From NCBI GenBank assembly GCA_020891255.1, contig BQFW01000008.1, positions 2,480,001 to 2,544,000 of the forward strand: a DNA stretch of 64,000 nt. The letters are read 5' to 3'. Numbering within the stretch: position 1 is the first letter of the stretch; every line of letters begins with the position of its first letter. This DNA is from Entomortierella parvispora E1425. Taxonomy: Eukaryota; Fungi; Mortierellomycota. Both the position numbers and the translations under genes were made by a program. Positions 63,097 to 64,000 of this stretch are shown here, in pieces. The notes below the pieces were generated by a model. That model was not told the origin of the DNA, made no database searches, and was given only the letters and a program-made list of their open reading frames with translations.

Positions 63097-64000
63097 ATGC
63101 CCTCCATCGAACAAAAATACAACGAATGGCGCTCTGCCTACGTCCGCGCATGGGGCGAAATGCTCTACATCGACTACAACAAGAAAGGCGAGGTCGAGCA
63201 AAAGAATGCAATCACTTGCTCCGAGGGTAAATGGCACTGCAGCGCACTTTGTCGTCTAGGGCTACACGTCTCCTTCCAAGTCTAGGTCTTCAAACGCGCC
63301 TGGCTTTGAAGGCTACCTTCCTACACAGCCTCCCAAAAGACACAGCAGCTCCATCTAACGCAGCAATTACCTATCGTGGGTACGCCTTTGTTCCTTTTCG
63401 TTTCGTTCTTGTGCATAGCCATCGGATACGGCATGTTGATTTCTCAGTTGATGCGCAACCAGCAGGATTTTGACGGACTCTTGCGCTGGTTTTTGCACTT
63501 CAAGAACGCCAACGGCTTGTGCGCCTGGCAACAAATCGACGACAAGCACAACAGGACCTATTCCAATGCACCTGACGGTGGCTCTAACTCTGCAACCGAT
63601 GGAGATATCGACATTGCCACCTCTCTTTTCCATGCGGCAAAGATCTGGGGTCGCTCGCCTTGTGGTCGTTATGATTATCGTCAAATTGGACTCCAGTTGA
63701 CCAAGGCAATCTGGGACCATGAGATTAACCACTACACATTCATGCCCACCTTGGGCGATTGGGTCAAGGTCGCACAACCAACCGTCAGCGCCCAAGGATA
63801 TAGCGGCGGCGCGCATTATGGCGAAGAGAGTTCTTACTCGGATGTCACACGTCCTTCGGATTTCATTTTGGCTGGATTCCTGACCTTTTACAACGAGGAT
63901 GTGGAGCGATCGTCTCAGTGGGCCAAGGTCATGGATGCAATCATTACGACAGTTCAGCATCAGGTGCATCTCAACCCCACTGGATTGATTGCTGACTTTT
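63097..64000 (+). CDS. Glycoside hydrolase family 8 (chitosanase/lichenase/endoglucanase-like), partial at the window end; intron 63227-63418
   Basis: Spliced TCSE|AIGYGML...DFDGLLRW...LCAWQ...NSATDGDIDIA...AKIWG...LGDW...TRPSDF...TGLIADF reproduces the GH8 (alpha/alpha)6 motif series; the main exon is missing from the ORF track because it runs off the window. Confidence 0.9.

Overview
Eukaryotic, intron-rich fungal DNA, most consistent with Mortierellaceae (Mucoromycota); this assignment is inferred from gene content, intron style and lineage-typical hypothetical protein families. About 25 spliced or single-exon protein genes can be reconstructed: NAA38/MAK31-like Sm-fold protein, Pho85 cyclin, GPC1, GVP36-like BAR, MDM38/LETM1, TMA7, Cid1-family nucleotidyltransferase, RPS21, MIM2, PAT1, TMEM184, UTP22, a stand-alone SET protein, a Pkr1-domain protein, YCII, RPS1/eS1, a GPI-anchored protein and a GH8 hydrolase cut by the window end. 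There are also two identical, divergently oriented tRNA-Ser(GCT) genes. Accessory DNA lies mainly in two places. (1) 32.8-39.1 kb: a decayed XPG/FEN1-like PIN nuclease gene sits head-to-head with an intact PD-(D/E)xK-type nuclease gene, separated by a 166-bp direct repeat and followed by a degenerate inverted repeat. (2) 57.8-59.2 kb: the tRNA pair plus a 695-bp foldback/MITE with 128-bp near-perfect TIRs built from CCRCCGAC motifs. Other notable items are an easily missed 71-aa secreted peptide precursor, a bacterial-type GH8 chitosanase-like gene without a signal peptide, a frameshifted F-box pseudogene, and four GC-AG introns. All homology calls come from motif recognition by eye; no database searches were run.
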